A stretch of DNA of 64,000 nt from an uncultured candidate division Zixibacteria bacterium (GTDB taxonomy: Bacteria > Zixibacteria > MSB-5A5 > RBG-16-43-9). How positions within the stretch are numbered: position 1 is the stretch's first letter; each line of letters opens with the position of its first letter. The DNA lies in the NCBI GenBank assembly GCA_963713865.1, contig OY970208.1:800001-864000 (forward strand), in the 5' to 3' direction. The position numbers and the translations under genes were made by a program. The notes beneath the pieces are model-generated. The model was not told the DNA's origin. It searched no databases and saw only the letters and a program-made list of their open reading frames with translations. This document shows, one piece after another, positions 51,092 to 62,208 of the stretch.

Positions 51092-52126
51092 ATGCCAGAG
51101 TTAAGAAAAGATATAATAACCAGAGAGTGGGTTATTTTAGCTAAAGAAAGGGTAAAACGACCTTCAGATTTTACGCAAGAAAGGAAAATGCCAGTGGTTA
51201 AACAGTATGATGCAGATTGTCCTTTCTGTTCCGGGAATGAAGCACTTACCCCTCCTGAGCTTTTTGCCTATCGTAAGCCTGAGACGAAGCCAAATTTCCC
51301 CGGCTGGAGAGTGAGAGTTGTCCCTAACAAGTTCCGAGCTTTGGATAGGGAAGGCGAGCTCAATCGAAGAGATGTTGAAATTTATGAAATGATGGACGCT
51401 GTGGGTTCCCATGAAGTTGTTATTGAAACACCAGATCATAGAAAATCCATAGCCCATATGGAAGAGACAGAGGTTGAGGAGGTGATCTTGGCTTATTGTA
51501 ATCGTTATAAGGCTCTTAGAGAAGACCCACGCTTGAAATATATCTTAGTCTTTAAAAACCACGGAGTGGAAGCGGGATGCTCTCTGGCTCACCCCCATTC
51601 TCAGATCGTTGCCACACCTATAATTCCGCAGAAAGTATGGGGAAAAATCAAAGGGGTGCAACAATATAAAGAATACCGAGACAGATGTGTTTACTGCCAT
51701 ATAATCGAACAAGAGATAGGAACTCGGGAACGCCTGATCACGGAAAACACATATTTCATAGCTTGTACTCCGTTTGCGTCTCGCTCACCATTCGAAGTGT
51801 GGATTATCCCCAAGATTCATAGATCTTGTTTTGCCGATATGTTCAGACTTGAAGTGTTGGAGTTTGCCCAAATTTTGAAGGAGACCATGTCATGTCTTTA
51901 TTATGGTCTTATTGATCCGCCTTATAATTACACACTATTAACTGCCCCTTGTGATTCTGATATGCTCGAAGATTTTCATTGGCATTTAGAGATAGTTCCG
52001 CGACTAATCACACCAGCAGGATTTGAAATGGGAACAAGCATCTATATTAACGTTGTCCCTCCTGAGCATGCGGCAAGATATTTGAGAGAGGTTACAATTC
52101 CAAAGGAGCAGGCTGTTACATTCTGA
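51092..52126 (+). CDS. galT: Galactose-1-phosphate uridylyltransferase
   Basis: ER-x-KRP, CPFC-x-GNE, VPNKF and SLAHPHSQ. Confidence 0.93.
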   Translation: MPELRKDIITREWVILAKERVKRPSDFTQERKMPVVKQYDADCPFCSGNEALTPPELFAYRKPETKPNFPGWRVRVVPNKFRALDREGELNRRDVEIYEMMDAVGSHEVVIETPDHRKSIAHMEETEVEEVILAYCNRYKALREDPRLKYILVFKNHGVEAGCSLAHPHSQIVATPIIPQKVWGKIKGVQQYKEYRDRCVYCHIIEQEIGTRERLITENTYFIACTPFASRSPFEVWIIPKIHRSCFADMFRLEVLEFAQILKETMSCLYYGLIDPPYNYTLLTAPCDSDMLEDFHWHLEIVPRLITPAGFEMGTSIYINVVPPEHAARYLREVTIPKEQAVTF

Positions 52127-52586
52127 AGCACCTTATCCTTACAGGTCTTTATCATAACTATGGGAAAGTCGAAAGAGTTAGCCCTACAAGAGAAGTAGTC
52201 GGAAGTGGGTAGGGTTGTGATCAATTTTGAGCTACCTAATTTATTATCTTAAAGCATAGTTTGGGAAAAAAAGTCTTCCGTGGCCTTGGTTCCTAATCTT
52301 TACCTGCTTTGATCTCAAAGCATATCAAAACGTGGAGACGGTGTCAACTAAAATGTCAAGCAAAAAATTTAATCTTGAATCATGTATATCGACTAGCAAA
52401 TAAGAAATCAAAGAAAAATAGACTTCGTGCAAGGTAGTCAGACTCAATGAAAATTCATAGGAGAAAATTCAGCGGTGGTGTTCGTGGGATGATTTTACAA
52501 CTTTTTTCTTACGGTGGGGTAGTCGAGTTTTCTCCTATCCTCAGATACTGATAACCTATTATTATCCATTGGAATATAAGAACTTT

Positions 52587-52666
52587 CTCCTCGGGCAGGG
52601 ATCGAGCCTGTCCTATGGATCAAATTCGACAACTTAGTCCCGCATAACTGCGGGACTCACTCTACC
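52587..52666 (-). pseudogene. Decayed tRNA-Asn copy interrupted by a TCCCGC...GCGGGA palindrome
   Basis: CTCCTCGGGCAGGG..TCGA.CCTG, CAACTTAG and CTCACTCTACC collinear with the intact tRNA. Confidence 0.7.
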
Positions 52667-52688
52667 TTTTCAAAAGTATAAAGAAAAA

Positions 52689-52760
52689 CTCCTCGGGCAG
52701 GGCTCGAACCTGCAACTTAGCGGTTAACAGCCGCTCACTCTACCATTGAGTTACCGAGGA
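52689..52760 (-). tRNA. tRNA-Asn(GTT)
   Basis: TCCTCGGTAACTCAATGGTAGAGTGAGCGGCTGTTAACCGCT...GTTCGAGCC. Confidence 0.95.
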
Positions 52761-52935
52761 ATAATTAATTCCGCTATTAGCTATACGCTATTAGCTATTA
52801 GATTTTTCGGTTAAAATATATCAAAAAGTATACCCCTGTCAAGAAAAAATAAAAACGCGCTAATTTAGAATGGTTTGTTACAAAGGCGTAAGTTTTAAAA
52901 ACAGGGATTTAATGCGTTATAGAGACCAAATTAAC

Positions 52936-52997
52936 GCAACTTTAGCGGTTATTCCCGCATTTCTGCGGGACTCACTCTACTGTTGAGTTACTGGGGA
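52936..52997 (-). pseudogene. Second decayed tRNA-Asn copy with the same palindrome type
   Basis: GCAACTTTAGCGGTTA-[TCCCGCATTTCTGCGGGA]-CTCACTCTACTGTTGAGTTACTGGGGA. Confidence 0.7.
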
Positions 52998-53051
52998 AAA
53001 AAGTAGGGGCGTCCGCCTATAGCGAGACGTCCCTACTAATGACATTTGCGG

Positions 53052-55446
53052 TTACTTCAGAAGGCTCATCTTTTTGGTTATAACCTTATCTCCAGCGCTG
53101 AGCTTATAGAAATAAATTCCACTTGCTACCACAGAACCAGCTTCATTCTTTCCGTCCCAGGTTACAGCATGAGAACCAGCCTCATACCAGCCTTGAGCTA
53201 TAGTTTTAATCTTCTGTCCCATGATATTGTAGATGGTTAGATTTACTTCAGACGGAGTAGAGAGTGAGAAAGATATAGTGGTGTTTAAATTGAACGGGTT
53301 GGGATAATTCTGAGAAAGGGTGAATCCTTCAGGAATCATTGAATTGGTCTTCACCAGCTTGCTGGAACCACCGGAGCCACTCATTCCACGGAACTCAATC
53401 TCATCGATATAAACATCATCATTATTGTCGCTGGCGTCGCACATGAACCGAATCTTAGCGTTGGCCGGGAAGTTGTACTGGTTGCTGGAGATGGTAACAA
53501 CCTTATTATAGAATGTTCCGTTATTGAAGTCGGTACCACTAGCATAACTTGCAACTGTTCGCCAGGTCGAGCCGTCAAAATACTGAACCCAGAAGTCCTC
53601 GCCTGATTCCATGCTTACAGCATAGAACCAGAACTCCACCTCCAGTTCAGTATAGCCTGACACATTATAACCAAGGGTGTGGTAGAATGATGATGCCACA
53701 CCGCTGTTATCCTGGATATCCGCCGCCGCGCGGCCTTGGTGGGCATAGGTACCGCCAGTATAAAGCGACATATCACCACCGCCGTCGGTGTAATTACCCA
53801 TACCGCCTTCGAAATCATCATAGGTGATAACTGTCCAGCCCCCTTCGGAGACGGTGATATAGTCGGTCTTGGTTTCGGTATCCGAGCCATAAGCATTGGC
53901 TGCCGTCAGAGACACAGTATATTTACCAGCCGAGTTGTAAGTGTGGCTTGGATTTTGTGCGGGTGAGGTACCACCATCACCAAAGCTCCAGCTCCAGCTG
54001 GTCGGGCTGTTGGTGGATAGATCGGTGAACTGGACTGTCAGAGGAGCAGTGCCTGAGGTGGGCGTACCGGAGAAGTTAGTCACCGGAGGAGCCTGGCCAT
54101 AGGTAAGCGCGGCATAGGCGTTAATCCGACCATACCCGTAGGTTTGATCCCATCCGGATGAACCAAGGTCCACCGCGGTTGCGTGAAGAATCGTGCGAAT
54201 ATTCTCGATGCCGGTTTGGCCATGGGCGATCATCATCGCTACCAGGGCACTCACGTGCGGGGCAGCCTGGGAAGTGCCAGTATAGAACCACCAGCTGAAA
54301 CTTGTCGGGTTCGCAAGAACCACGGGAGGCCCTGGATCATAAGGTTCAAAAGATTGCTGCAGGATACCATCCCCGTAACCATCTCCGTTTTGATCCACGT
54401 TTAGATCCCCACCCGGAGCTACCAGCTCCTGAGCAGAACCATACTGAGAATAGTATGAAAGTTGATCATCGTATCGAGTAGCTCCTACAGCAATTACCTG
54501 GGAATAAGCCGCAGGATATGACACCGTGCTCACACCCTCATTTCCCGAAGATGCTACCAGCACAACCCCATGATTGTACGCATAGATGATAGCATTTTGA
54601 ACGGTGGACCCAGGATTATAGCCAGCTGACCATCCCAAACTCATATTGATAACCTGGGCTCCGTTATCTGTTGCCTAGTAAAGCCCGTCAGCCAGAGTTT
54701 GCGCAGTTCCGGAACCTGTGTGGTCAAGCACCTTCACCGGCATCAAGGTGCAACTGAAAGCCATTCCTGCCACACCATAACTGTTATTGGTCGTTCTGGG
54801 CTACAGTCCCCGCCACATGAGTGCCGTGCCCGTTATTATCATTGGGGTGAGTGTCGTTATTAATAAAGTCATATCCTGAAGTAAAGGCAGTACCGGCAAG
54901 GTCAGGAGCTTTCACATAGCTGGTAACCCCGGATTGGACCGTGCCAAATTCATATGACGGTACCGCATAATTCTCGTAGGCTATACCCGCATCTAAAATC
55001 CCCACCACTACGCCTGTTCCTGTGGATATATCCCAGGCGGAAGGACAGTTTACCTTGGGAAAGTTCCACTGATAAGGACTGTAGTAGGGATCATTAGGGG
55101 TCATGAAGGCGTGGCAGATGGTGTTGAGTTCAGCATATTCAACCCGGGGGTCCTGTTTCAGAATAGTAATAACCTCCTGTTCCGTCTTCCCCGCAGGAAC
55201 TCTAAGTTTCTTAACCCCTCCCCGATGGTCTGAGAGAATCGCAGTGCCGAGAGTGCTTTCAAGATCAACCATCTTTTGCAGGGTAATACCTTCTTTAAAC
55301 TTTACCAGGACCTCTCCTGGAACGTACTCCACCTTCCCTTTAAAAGCCGACTTATCTGAAAAATATTTAATTTTGAAATTCTCAGCCAGAACCATCGATG
55401 GCAAAAAGAAAAGAACTAAAAGTCCTAAGATAAGTAATTTCTTCAT
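53052..55446 (-). pseudogene. Secreted S8 subtilase with PKD domain and C-terminal FlgD/T9SS-like sorting domain; frameshift at about 54795 and in-frame TAG at 54677-54675
   Basis: LDAG, GHGTHVAG, NMSLG and GTSQAAP; PKD WSWSFGDG; QNYPNPFN...WDG...SGIYFY; lesions may be sequencing errors. Confidence 0.8.
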
Positions 55447-55988
55447 ATTAAAACCCCTCAAAAAGTTAGGATTAAAAATTAAAAGTGACTTTTTTTCTCT
55501 ATTCGGGAATGACTATGACTTCTAACATCACCTCCTTATGACTACATCAGACTTAAATGTGAACGATAAGTTTAAAGGATATGATTTGGTATTTTCCTCC
55601 TTCTATCACCTCCTTTGAACAGGTTAAAGGGTTCGCTGCCCTCGGGCATAAACAAACAGTTGATGATAACATTAATTTTGAGCCAAGTTTGAGTATTATT
55701 TATAATGCTAAATCGTATTCTGTCAAGAAAAATTATTTATTTTTTTGAAAAATTTAGAAAGTCTTTCTTTTTCTTGGGCTTACACTTATAAGTTCATTAA
55801 AAAAATTAATTATTTACAGACCTCTAATTAATTTCGTAATTACACTGAGTGACAATTTTTGACAGTTTGATTTTGATATATTTTCAAAATTATATTGAAA
55901 ACTTTATTGAGAGGGACAAATATGAACTGCAAAAACATCTTGACTTTAAAATGGTAACTTGATAAACTATTAATAACGGAGGAAAGAG

Positions 55989-56837
55989 ATGAATACGCTT
56001 AAAACCGCATTTTTTCTTACCCTTTTGACCCTGCTTTTAATTTTTATCGGCAGGCTCCTGGGTGGAAATTCCGGGATGATAATTGCCCTGATCTTTGCGG
56101 CAGTCCTGAACTTAGGGAGCTACTGGTTTTCAGATAAGATCGTCCTGAGAATGTATCGGGCTCAAAAGATAGAAGAGGGTGATAATCCCAGACTATATAG
56201 AATTGTCAAGAATATCGCCCTGCAGTCAAATCTCCCTATGCCTAAATTATATATTATTCCCTCAGACTCACCCAATGCCTTTGCCACCGGAAGAAATCCC
56301 CAGCACGCTGCAGTGGCAGTTACTTCTGGGATTATGAGGATTTTGAACGAGGAAGAATTGGAAGGGGTATTAGCTCACGAGATGGCGCACATAAAGAACA
56401 GAGACATACTTATCGGCTCCATTGTGGCAACTGTGGCGGGAGCTATAAGCATGCTGGCTCAGATGGCTCAATTCGCTTTTATCTTTGGAGGAGGACGGAG
56501 CGATAGAGAAGACAGGGGTGGAGGTTTAGCCACTTTATTTTTGGCAATTTTAGCCCCAATTGCCGCTCTTTTAATCCAGATGGCAATTTCCCGCTCACGT
56601 GAGTATCAGGCAGATGAGACTGGAGCCAGGACCAGCCATAAACCGTTATATTTAGCCAATGCTTTGAAGAAGCTCTCTTATGCCTCCCGGAGAATTCCGA
56701 TGGAAGCTAATCCCTCAACTGCTCATCTTTTTATAGTAAACCCGCTTTCTGGCAGAGGGATGGCTAATCTTTTCAGCACCCACCCACCATTAGGTGAAAG
56801 GATTTCCAGGCTGGAGGAATTAGCTAAACGTTTATGA
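55989..56837 (+). CDS. htpX: Zinc metalloprotease HtpX
   Basis: [22 protein letters not shown] and FSTHPP. Confidence 0.96.
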   Translation: MNTLKTAFFLTLLTLLLIFIGRLLGGNSGMIIALIFAAVLNLGSYWFSDKIVLRMYRAQKIEEGDNPRLYRIVKNIALQSNLPMPKLYIIPSDSPNAFATGRNPQHAAVAVTSGIMRILNEEELEGVLAHEMAHIKNRDILIGSIVATVAGAISMLAQMAQFAFIFGGGRSDREDRGGGLATLFLAILAPIAALLIQMAISRSREYQADETGARTSHKPLYLANALKKLSYASRRIPMEANPSTAHLFIVNPLSGRGMANLFSTHPPLGERISRLEELAKRL

Positions 56838-56976
56838 TTAAAATATCTTTTTCAAGTCGATAAAAGCTTTACGACAACTACGGTAGGCGTCGCTCCCCGT
56901 AGGGCGGTGAAAGTGGGGATATCCGAACTTGTTCGGATATAAACAAGTTTGTAGCCATTTCAAAAGCGTATTTCAT

Positions 56977-58270
56977 ATGTTGAACAATCTTTTCGTTTGG
57001 ACATTAGCTCTCACAATTTCAATCGAGATATTCGGGCAAACAAAATCCTTTAAGGACTCTGCTGCAGTTTATTTCAATGAGATAAAAACCGCAACCAAGC
57101 AAAACAAAAATCTATGGGATTACGACCTTTACGGCCCTATTCTTTTTGTTCAATCTGACACCAGAACAGCTATATGCAAATTATCCCGATTCGGCAGGAC
57201 TTCTTAAAAAAGAAGGATCAATTTATACGGGTATTTTACCTCGGGAGGTAAACATTGCCAACACATCGCTTCATTGGAACGGCAAAGATTGGGCAATGGT
57301 AATGCTTCCGCTTCCCGACAACAAAAGCGACAGGTTAAATCTTCTTGCTCACGAACTTTTTCATCGAGCACAACCTGCCTTAGGTTTCAAACTTCATAAT
57401 ACTGAAAACAATCATCTTGACCAAAAAGACGGAAGAATTTATTTGAGATTGGAATTGGAAGCTCTCAAAAGTGCTGTTCTTGCCACTTCTCCGAAAGAGA
57501 TAAAAACTCATTTGACCAATGCTTTCATCTTTAGAGGCTATCGTTATACCCTTTATCCTGGTGCGGACACAATGGAAAATCTTCTGGAACTCAATGAGGG
57601 AATTGCAGAATATACGGGCATTACGATGAGCGGAAGGATTATTCCGGAGATGCAAAATCATTTCGTTAAAAGCATTAGAGAGTTTTTAAACAACCCGACT
57701 TTTGTAAGGTCGTTTGCTTATCAGACAACTCCTATTTATGGATACTTGCTCCGTAATACAAAAAAGGACTGGAATAAAAGCATTACCGCACAAACAAATC
57801 TCACCGACTATTTTCTAAGCGTTTTCAACATTCAACTGCCGGATGATTTTAAAAGTGCCATAACATCAATCGCAGATCAATACGACGAACAAACCATTAT
57901 CGATGAAGAAACTGCACGGGAAGAAAAAATCAAAAAGCTAATTACCGAATATAAAAACAAATTTATTGTGCAACCACATTTAGACATTCGTTTTGAAAAT
58001 ATGAACATGTCGTTTGACCCACGGAACATTATACCGATTGAAGATAAGGGTACGGTATATCCAAACATTCGTGTTGCGGACAACTGGGGAATACTAACCG
58101 TAGGAAACGGAGCTTTGTTAAGTCCTGATTGGAACAAAATAACCGTAAGCACTCCGATTCAAATCGACGATAAAAAAATAAGCGGTGACGGCTGGACGTT
58201 AGAACTTAAAAACGGTTATGCCGTTCAAAAAGACAGTACAAGCAACAACTATTTTTTAAGGAAGAAATGA
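56977..58270 (+). CDS. Secreted hypothetical protein with HELFH putative metallopeptidase motif; frameshift at about 57165
   Basis: Signal peptide and LYGPILFV in frame 1; QLYANYPD, IANT, HELFH and NEGIAEYTG in frame 2. Confidence 0.75.
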
Positions 58271-58469
58271 ACCGGCTCAGCTTGACAGTAACAGCAAAAC
58301 GGATGCTTATATCTATTTTTCGAAAATGGAAACTATAAATCTTTAATCAACTTCGATACTACGGGAAAGTGAAATGTTCAAAAACCGCCATTTAAAAAAG
58401 TCAAGGCTCGTTATCCCTCAAAAATTTTGATCTTTTTAAGATCTCTCATTTTAAGATTTTGACACTACT

Positions 58470-59777
58470 ATGGAAAACTACTGGATACAGATAATTTTGA
58501 TCATAGCCTTAATCCTGGCCAATGGTTTTTTTGCCAGCTCTGAGTTTTCATTAATCTCCTTGCGCAAGAGCCGGGTTAAGGAGCTGGTCGATTCAGGTAA
58601 TAAAAAAGCTCTGTGGGTGCAGAAACTCCAGTCGGAGCCGGAAAAATTCTTAGCCACGGTCCAGATCGGAGTTACTTTAGTTGGTACCTTAGCCTCAGTG
58701 GTCGGTGGTGCAAAAATCGTTCACCTTCTGACCCCTGTTTTAAAAAAAATACCTCTCGAGTTTATCCAGAGGTGGAGCGAATCCATTTCTATCGCCATTG
58801 TAGTTATAGGCATCGCTTATCTTTCCCTGGTGATTGGTGAGCTTGTGCCCAAATATGTAGCTTTAAGATACTCGGAGAAAGTTGCCCTGCGTGTGGCAGG
58901 ACCGATTCGTTTCCTTTCCCGGATATCCTTTGTCTTTGTCAAAACGCTCTCATTTTCTACTAAAGGCTTGATGAGACTTTTTATTGGAAAAAACCTGAAG
59001 GAGCCACCCTTTATCTCCGAGGAGGAGCTGAAATACATTGTAACAGAGGGGAAAGACAGGGGGATCTTTGAAAAGACAGAAGCGGAGATAATCCGCAGCG
59101 TTCTTGAATTTACCGATACTTTCGTGAAGAGGGCAATGATCCCGCGAACCGAAATGGTCGGATTAGAAATTGGCTCGGACCAGAGAATGGTATTAAGAAC
59201 AGTTACTGAAGAGGGTTATTCCCGCTTGCCAGTTTATAAGGATAGCCTGGACAATATCCTGGGAATAATTCATGCCAAAGACGTTATCACCATTTTACAG
59301 CACAGTGACCTGATAATCCTTGAGGATATTATAAGAAAGCCTTATTTTGTCCCGGACTCTATGAAGATAAGCGAGCTTTTAAGGGAGTTCCAGAAAAGAA
59401 GGTCTCAGATGGCTATAGTCTTAGACGAGTTTGGAGGGACGGCTGGACTTATTACCTTAGAGGATATAATCGAGGAGATAGTTGGAGAGATAGAGGACGA
59501 ATATGATGAGGAAAGAAAAGAGATGGAGATTTTACCTGATGACTCCGCTGTTGTCCGGGGCTCCATTCCCTTGCGGGAATTGAATGAAAAACTCAAGCTC
59601 AATTTACCAGAGGAAAAATTTGAGACCTTAAACGGGCTTTTGATTAACACCCTGGGAAGGATACCCATCCTGGATGAAAAATTAGAGCTTTTCGATCTGA
59701 ACTTTTATATCCTTGAGAAAATGGGTCATCACCTGCAGAAGATTAAAATAAACAAAAAAGAGAAGGAAGATGTTTGA
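58470..59777 (+). CDS. Hemolysin-family CNNM/CBS/CorC protein
   Basis: NGFFASSEFS, GELVPK, YSRLPVY and DEFGGTAGLITLEDIIEEIVGEI. Confidence 0.93.
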   Translation: MENYWIQIILIIALILANGFFASSEFSLISLRKSRVKELVDSGNKKALWVQKLQSEPEKFLATVQIGVTLVGTLASVVGGAKIVHLLTPVLKKIPLEFIQRWSESISIAIVVIGIAYLSLVIGELVPKYVALRYSEKVALRVAGPIRFLSRISFVFVKTLSFSTKGLMRLFIGKNLKEPPFISEEELKYIVTEGKDRGIFEKTEAEIIRSVLEFTDTFVKRAMIPRTEMVGLEIGSDQRMVLRTVTEEGYSRLPVYKDSLDNILGIIHAKDVITILQHSDLIILEDIIRKPYFVPDSMKISELLREFQKRRSQMAIVLDEFGGTAGLITLEDIIEEIVGEIEDEYDEERKEMEILPDDSAVVRGSIPLRELNEKLKLNLPEEKFETLNGLLINTLGRIPILDEKLELFDLNFYILEKMGHHLQKIKINKKEKEDV

Positions 59778-60399
59778 GAGCATAATTGAGCCAATAGGAA
59801 AATGGATAATCGAGACCATCTCCAGCCTGGGCTATTCCGGCATAATCTTGACTATGGGGATAGAATCTGCCTGCATCCCCCTGCCTTCTGAGATAATAAT
59901 GCCTTTTTCCGGGTATCTGGTTTTTGCAGGGAGATTTAATCTTTTCTGGGTCTCAGTGGCTGGTGCATCTGGCTGTGTGTTCGGTTCTTTAGCTGCATAC
60001 TGGGCAGGAATCATATTAGGAAGACCTTTCATAGAAAAATATGGAAAATATATTTTGATCTCCCACCGGGATTTAGATACTGCGGATAGATGGTTTAATA
60101 AATATGGTGACTGGGCCATCTTTTTCTCCCGTCTTCTTCCGGTAATAAGGACATTCATCTCTTTGCCGGCTGGAATTGCCAGAATGAACTTCCCCAAATT
60201 TATCTTATATACTTTTTTAGGCTCACTCCCCTGGTGTTTTGCCTTAGCTTTTGTGGGAAAAATCTTGGGAGAAAACTGGCAGAGCATTAGAACTTATTTC
60301 AGGGGCGCAGATATCGTAATAGTCGTGGTCATAGTCGTTGGCATCGCGTTTTTCATCTACCGGCACTTGAATTTCAAAAAAAAATCAGCTCAGGTTTAG
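59770..60399 (+). CDS. DedA family protein
   Basis: ESACIPLPSE and RLLPVIRTFISLPAG. Confidence 0.93.
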   Translation: MFESIIEPIGKWIIETISSLGYSGIILTMGIESACIPLPSEIIMPFSGYLVFAGRFNLFWVSVAGASGCVFGSLAAYWAGIILGRPFIEKYGKYILISHRDLDTADRWFNKYGDWAIFFSRLLPVIRTFISLPAGIARMNFPKFILYTFLGSLPWCFALAFVGKILGENWQSIRTYFRGADIVIVVVIVVGIAFFIYRHLNFKKKSAQV

Positions 60400-60470
60400 G
60401 ATATGACCTTTTTAAATTCCTTCAAGACCCCTCCCTTGATGGGAGGGGGAAGGGGGAGGGTGAAAGAGAT

Positions 60471-61133
60471 ATGAACCTTTTAAACTATTTTCTAACTGTC
60501 TTTGTCTCTCTCTTTTTAGTAGTGGACGTGATAAGTAATGTCCCTATCTTTTTATCCTTAACCCAGGGGTATGAGAAAAAAGAAAGAAGGGAGATGGCAA
60601 AAAAGGCAATCCTGATTGCTTTATTGGTCCAGCTCCTGTTTGTCATCTTCGGGAATTATATCTTCCGCTACCTGGGAATAAAATCCTATTCCTTCTCCAT
60701 CGCTGGAGGAATTCTGCTTGCCATCGTAGGGGTAGAGATGCTCTTCGGGCACAAAACCAGAACTGAATACTCCGAAAATGGATCCATAGAACAGGAAGAA
60801 GATAAAGCCGAGGAAAAGGAGAATATCACTATTGTCCCCTTAGCCATTCCCCTGCACACCGGACCTGCTTCGATCCTGGCGGGTATGATATTTTTCAACC
60901 AGCCGGAAAAATTCGACCTTATAGGAAAAGAGCTTTACCTGTTCAAAGCAGTTTTCATCTTATCCACGATTTTAGTCTATGCCCTTTCACTTCTCATCCT
61001 TCTGAGGTCAGATTTGATCTTGAAATTCCTCAGACCCATCGGGATGAAAGTAATGACCCGGATAATGGGTCTTCTGATCCTTGCTCTTTCAGTGCAGTTC
61101 GTGATAAACGGGATAAAAGAAGCTCTGGGGTAA
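60471..61133 (+). CDS. MarC family membrane protein
   Basis: IAGGILL, VPLAIPL-x2-GP and RIMGLLILAL-x-VQF. Confidence 0.92.
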   Translation: MNLLNYFLTVFVSLFLVVDVISNVPIFLSLTQGYEKKERREMAKKAILIALLVQLLFVIFGNYIFRYLGIKSYSFSIAGGILLAIVGVEMLFGHKTRTEYSENGSIEQEEDKAEEKENITIVPLAIPLHTGPASILAGMIFFNQPEKFDLIGKELYLFKAVFILSTILVYALSLLILLRSDLILKFLRPIGMKVMTRIMGLLILALSVQFVINGIKEALG

Positions 61134-61141
61134 GTTTTCTT

Positions 61142-61263
61142 GTAGGGGCATCCGCCTGTGGCGGACTGTGTTTGCCCTTGTTAGTTTCGCAAGCTAAAGC
61201 TTGCGGCTACCATCTTTAAGATTTTTTGCAGGGGTATCCGCTTTGGGTGGACCGTTTTTGCCC
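61142..61263. repeat. Cluster of GTAG REP-like palindromes with nested TCCGCC..GGCGGA hairpins
   Basis: GTAGGGGCA[TCCGCCTGTGGCGGA]CTG..TGCCC, CGCAAGCTAAAGCTTGCGGCTAC and a degenerate second copy. Confidence 0.65.
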
Positions 61264-61302
61264 TTTTTAATTCTCTTGGAAATCTCTCCCTGAAAAAAAT
61301 AA

Positions 61303-61376
61303 TAGCGGCGAAGGGATTCGAACCCCTGACCAAAGGATTATGATTCCCTTGCTCTGACCAACTGAGCTACGCCGCC
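61303..61376 (-). tRNA. tRNA-Met(CAT), probably elongator
   Basis: GGCGGCGTAGCTCAGTTGGTCAGAGCAAGGGAATCATAATCCTT...GTTCGAATCC; paired 1:72 and no triple G-C anticodon stem. Confidence 0.92.
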
Positions 61377-61648
61377 ATTTCGATAGAATATTTACGATAA
61401 AAATCAAAGATTGTCAAGCGAAATGTATTTGGGATTGGACGATCCTCCCCCTTTAAAGGGCAAGGCCTTTAAGGAGAGAAAGATGGGTATCGATTCGAGT
61501 TCGATTAATCGAATCAATGCATTTATTCCTCTTATTGAGGATCGGGACATGATTTGTCAATCCTCTCCTTAATCCAGGAGATCAAAGGTTGACAACCAGA
61601 AGAAAATTTATTTTATTGATGTAAAATAAATCTAAAAGAGGAGAAAAA

Positions 61649-62050
61649 ATGGGCAGTCTAAATCCAAAAAGAAAAATAGTTCAAACTGAAAAAGCACCTA
61701 AAGCAATTGGGCCCTATAGCCAGGGGATAAAACTTGAAGAACTGGGTCTGGTCTTTACTTCCGGGCAGATTCCTTTAAACCCGAAAACCGGGCAGATGGT
61801 TTCAGGAAGTATTGAAATAGAAACTAAACAGGTCTTAGAAAATCTAAAAGCGGTTTTAGAGGGTGCGGGATCAGATTTAACAAAAGTTATCAAGACCACA
61901 GTTTATTTAAAAGATATTAAAGATTTTCCTTTGATGAATGAGGTCTATGCCCAGCATTTTAAAGAGAATCCGCCAGCCAGAACAACTATCGCCGTAGCAG
62001 ATTTACCCAAAGGAGCGAAGATAGAAATAGAGGCAGTGGCGGTGATATAA
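61649..62050 (+). CDS. RidA/YjgF reactive intermediate deaminase
   Basis: APKAIGPYSQG, SGQIP, PART and IEIE. Confidence 0.94.
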   Translation: MGSLNPKRKIVQTEKAPKAIGPYSQGIKLEELGLVFTSGQIPLNPKTGQMVSGSIEIETKQVLENLKAVLEGAGSDLTKVIKTTVYLKDIKDFPLMNEVYAQHFKENPPARTTIAVADLPKGAKIEIEAVAVI

Positions 62051-62208
62051 AATATGGAGTGCATCATCCGTGATGATGCGTGGGGGCATTGACGTGGTCA
62101 ATGCACTCCAAATTCGTAGGGCAAGGTTTTTAACCTTGCGTTGTTAAACAAGCATAACTCCGCTGATAAGATAAGTGTAAAAGTATTAGGAAGGAGGAAT
62201 AACAAAGA

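Noticed and set aside
3277-54677. Stop-codon reassignment
   Set aside because: Only two in-frame stops, of different types (TAA, TAG), and both codons terminate normal genes here.
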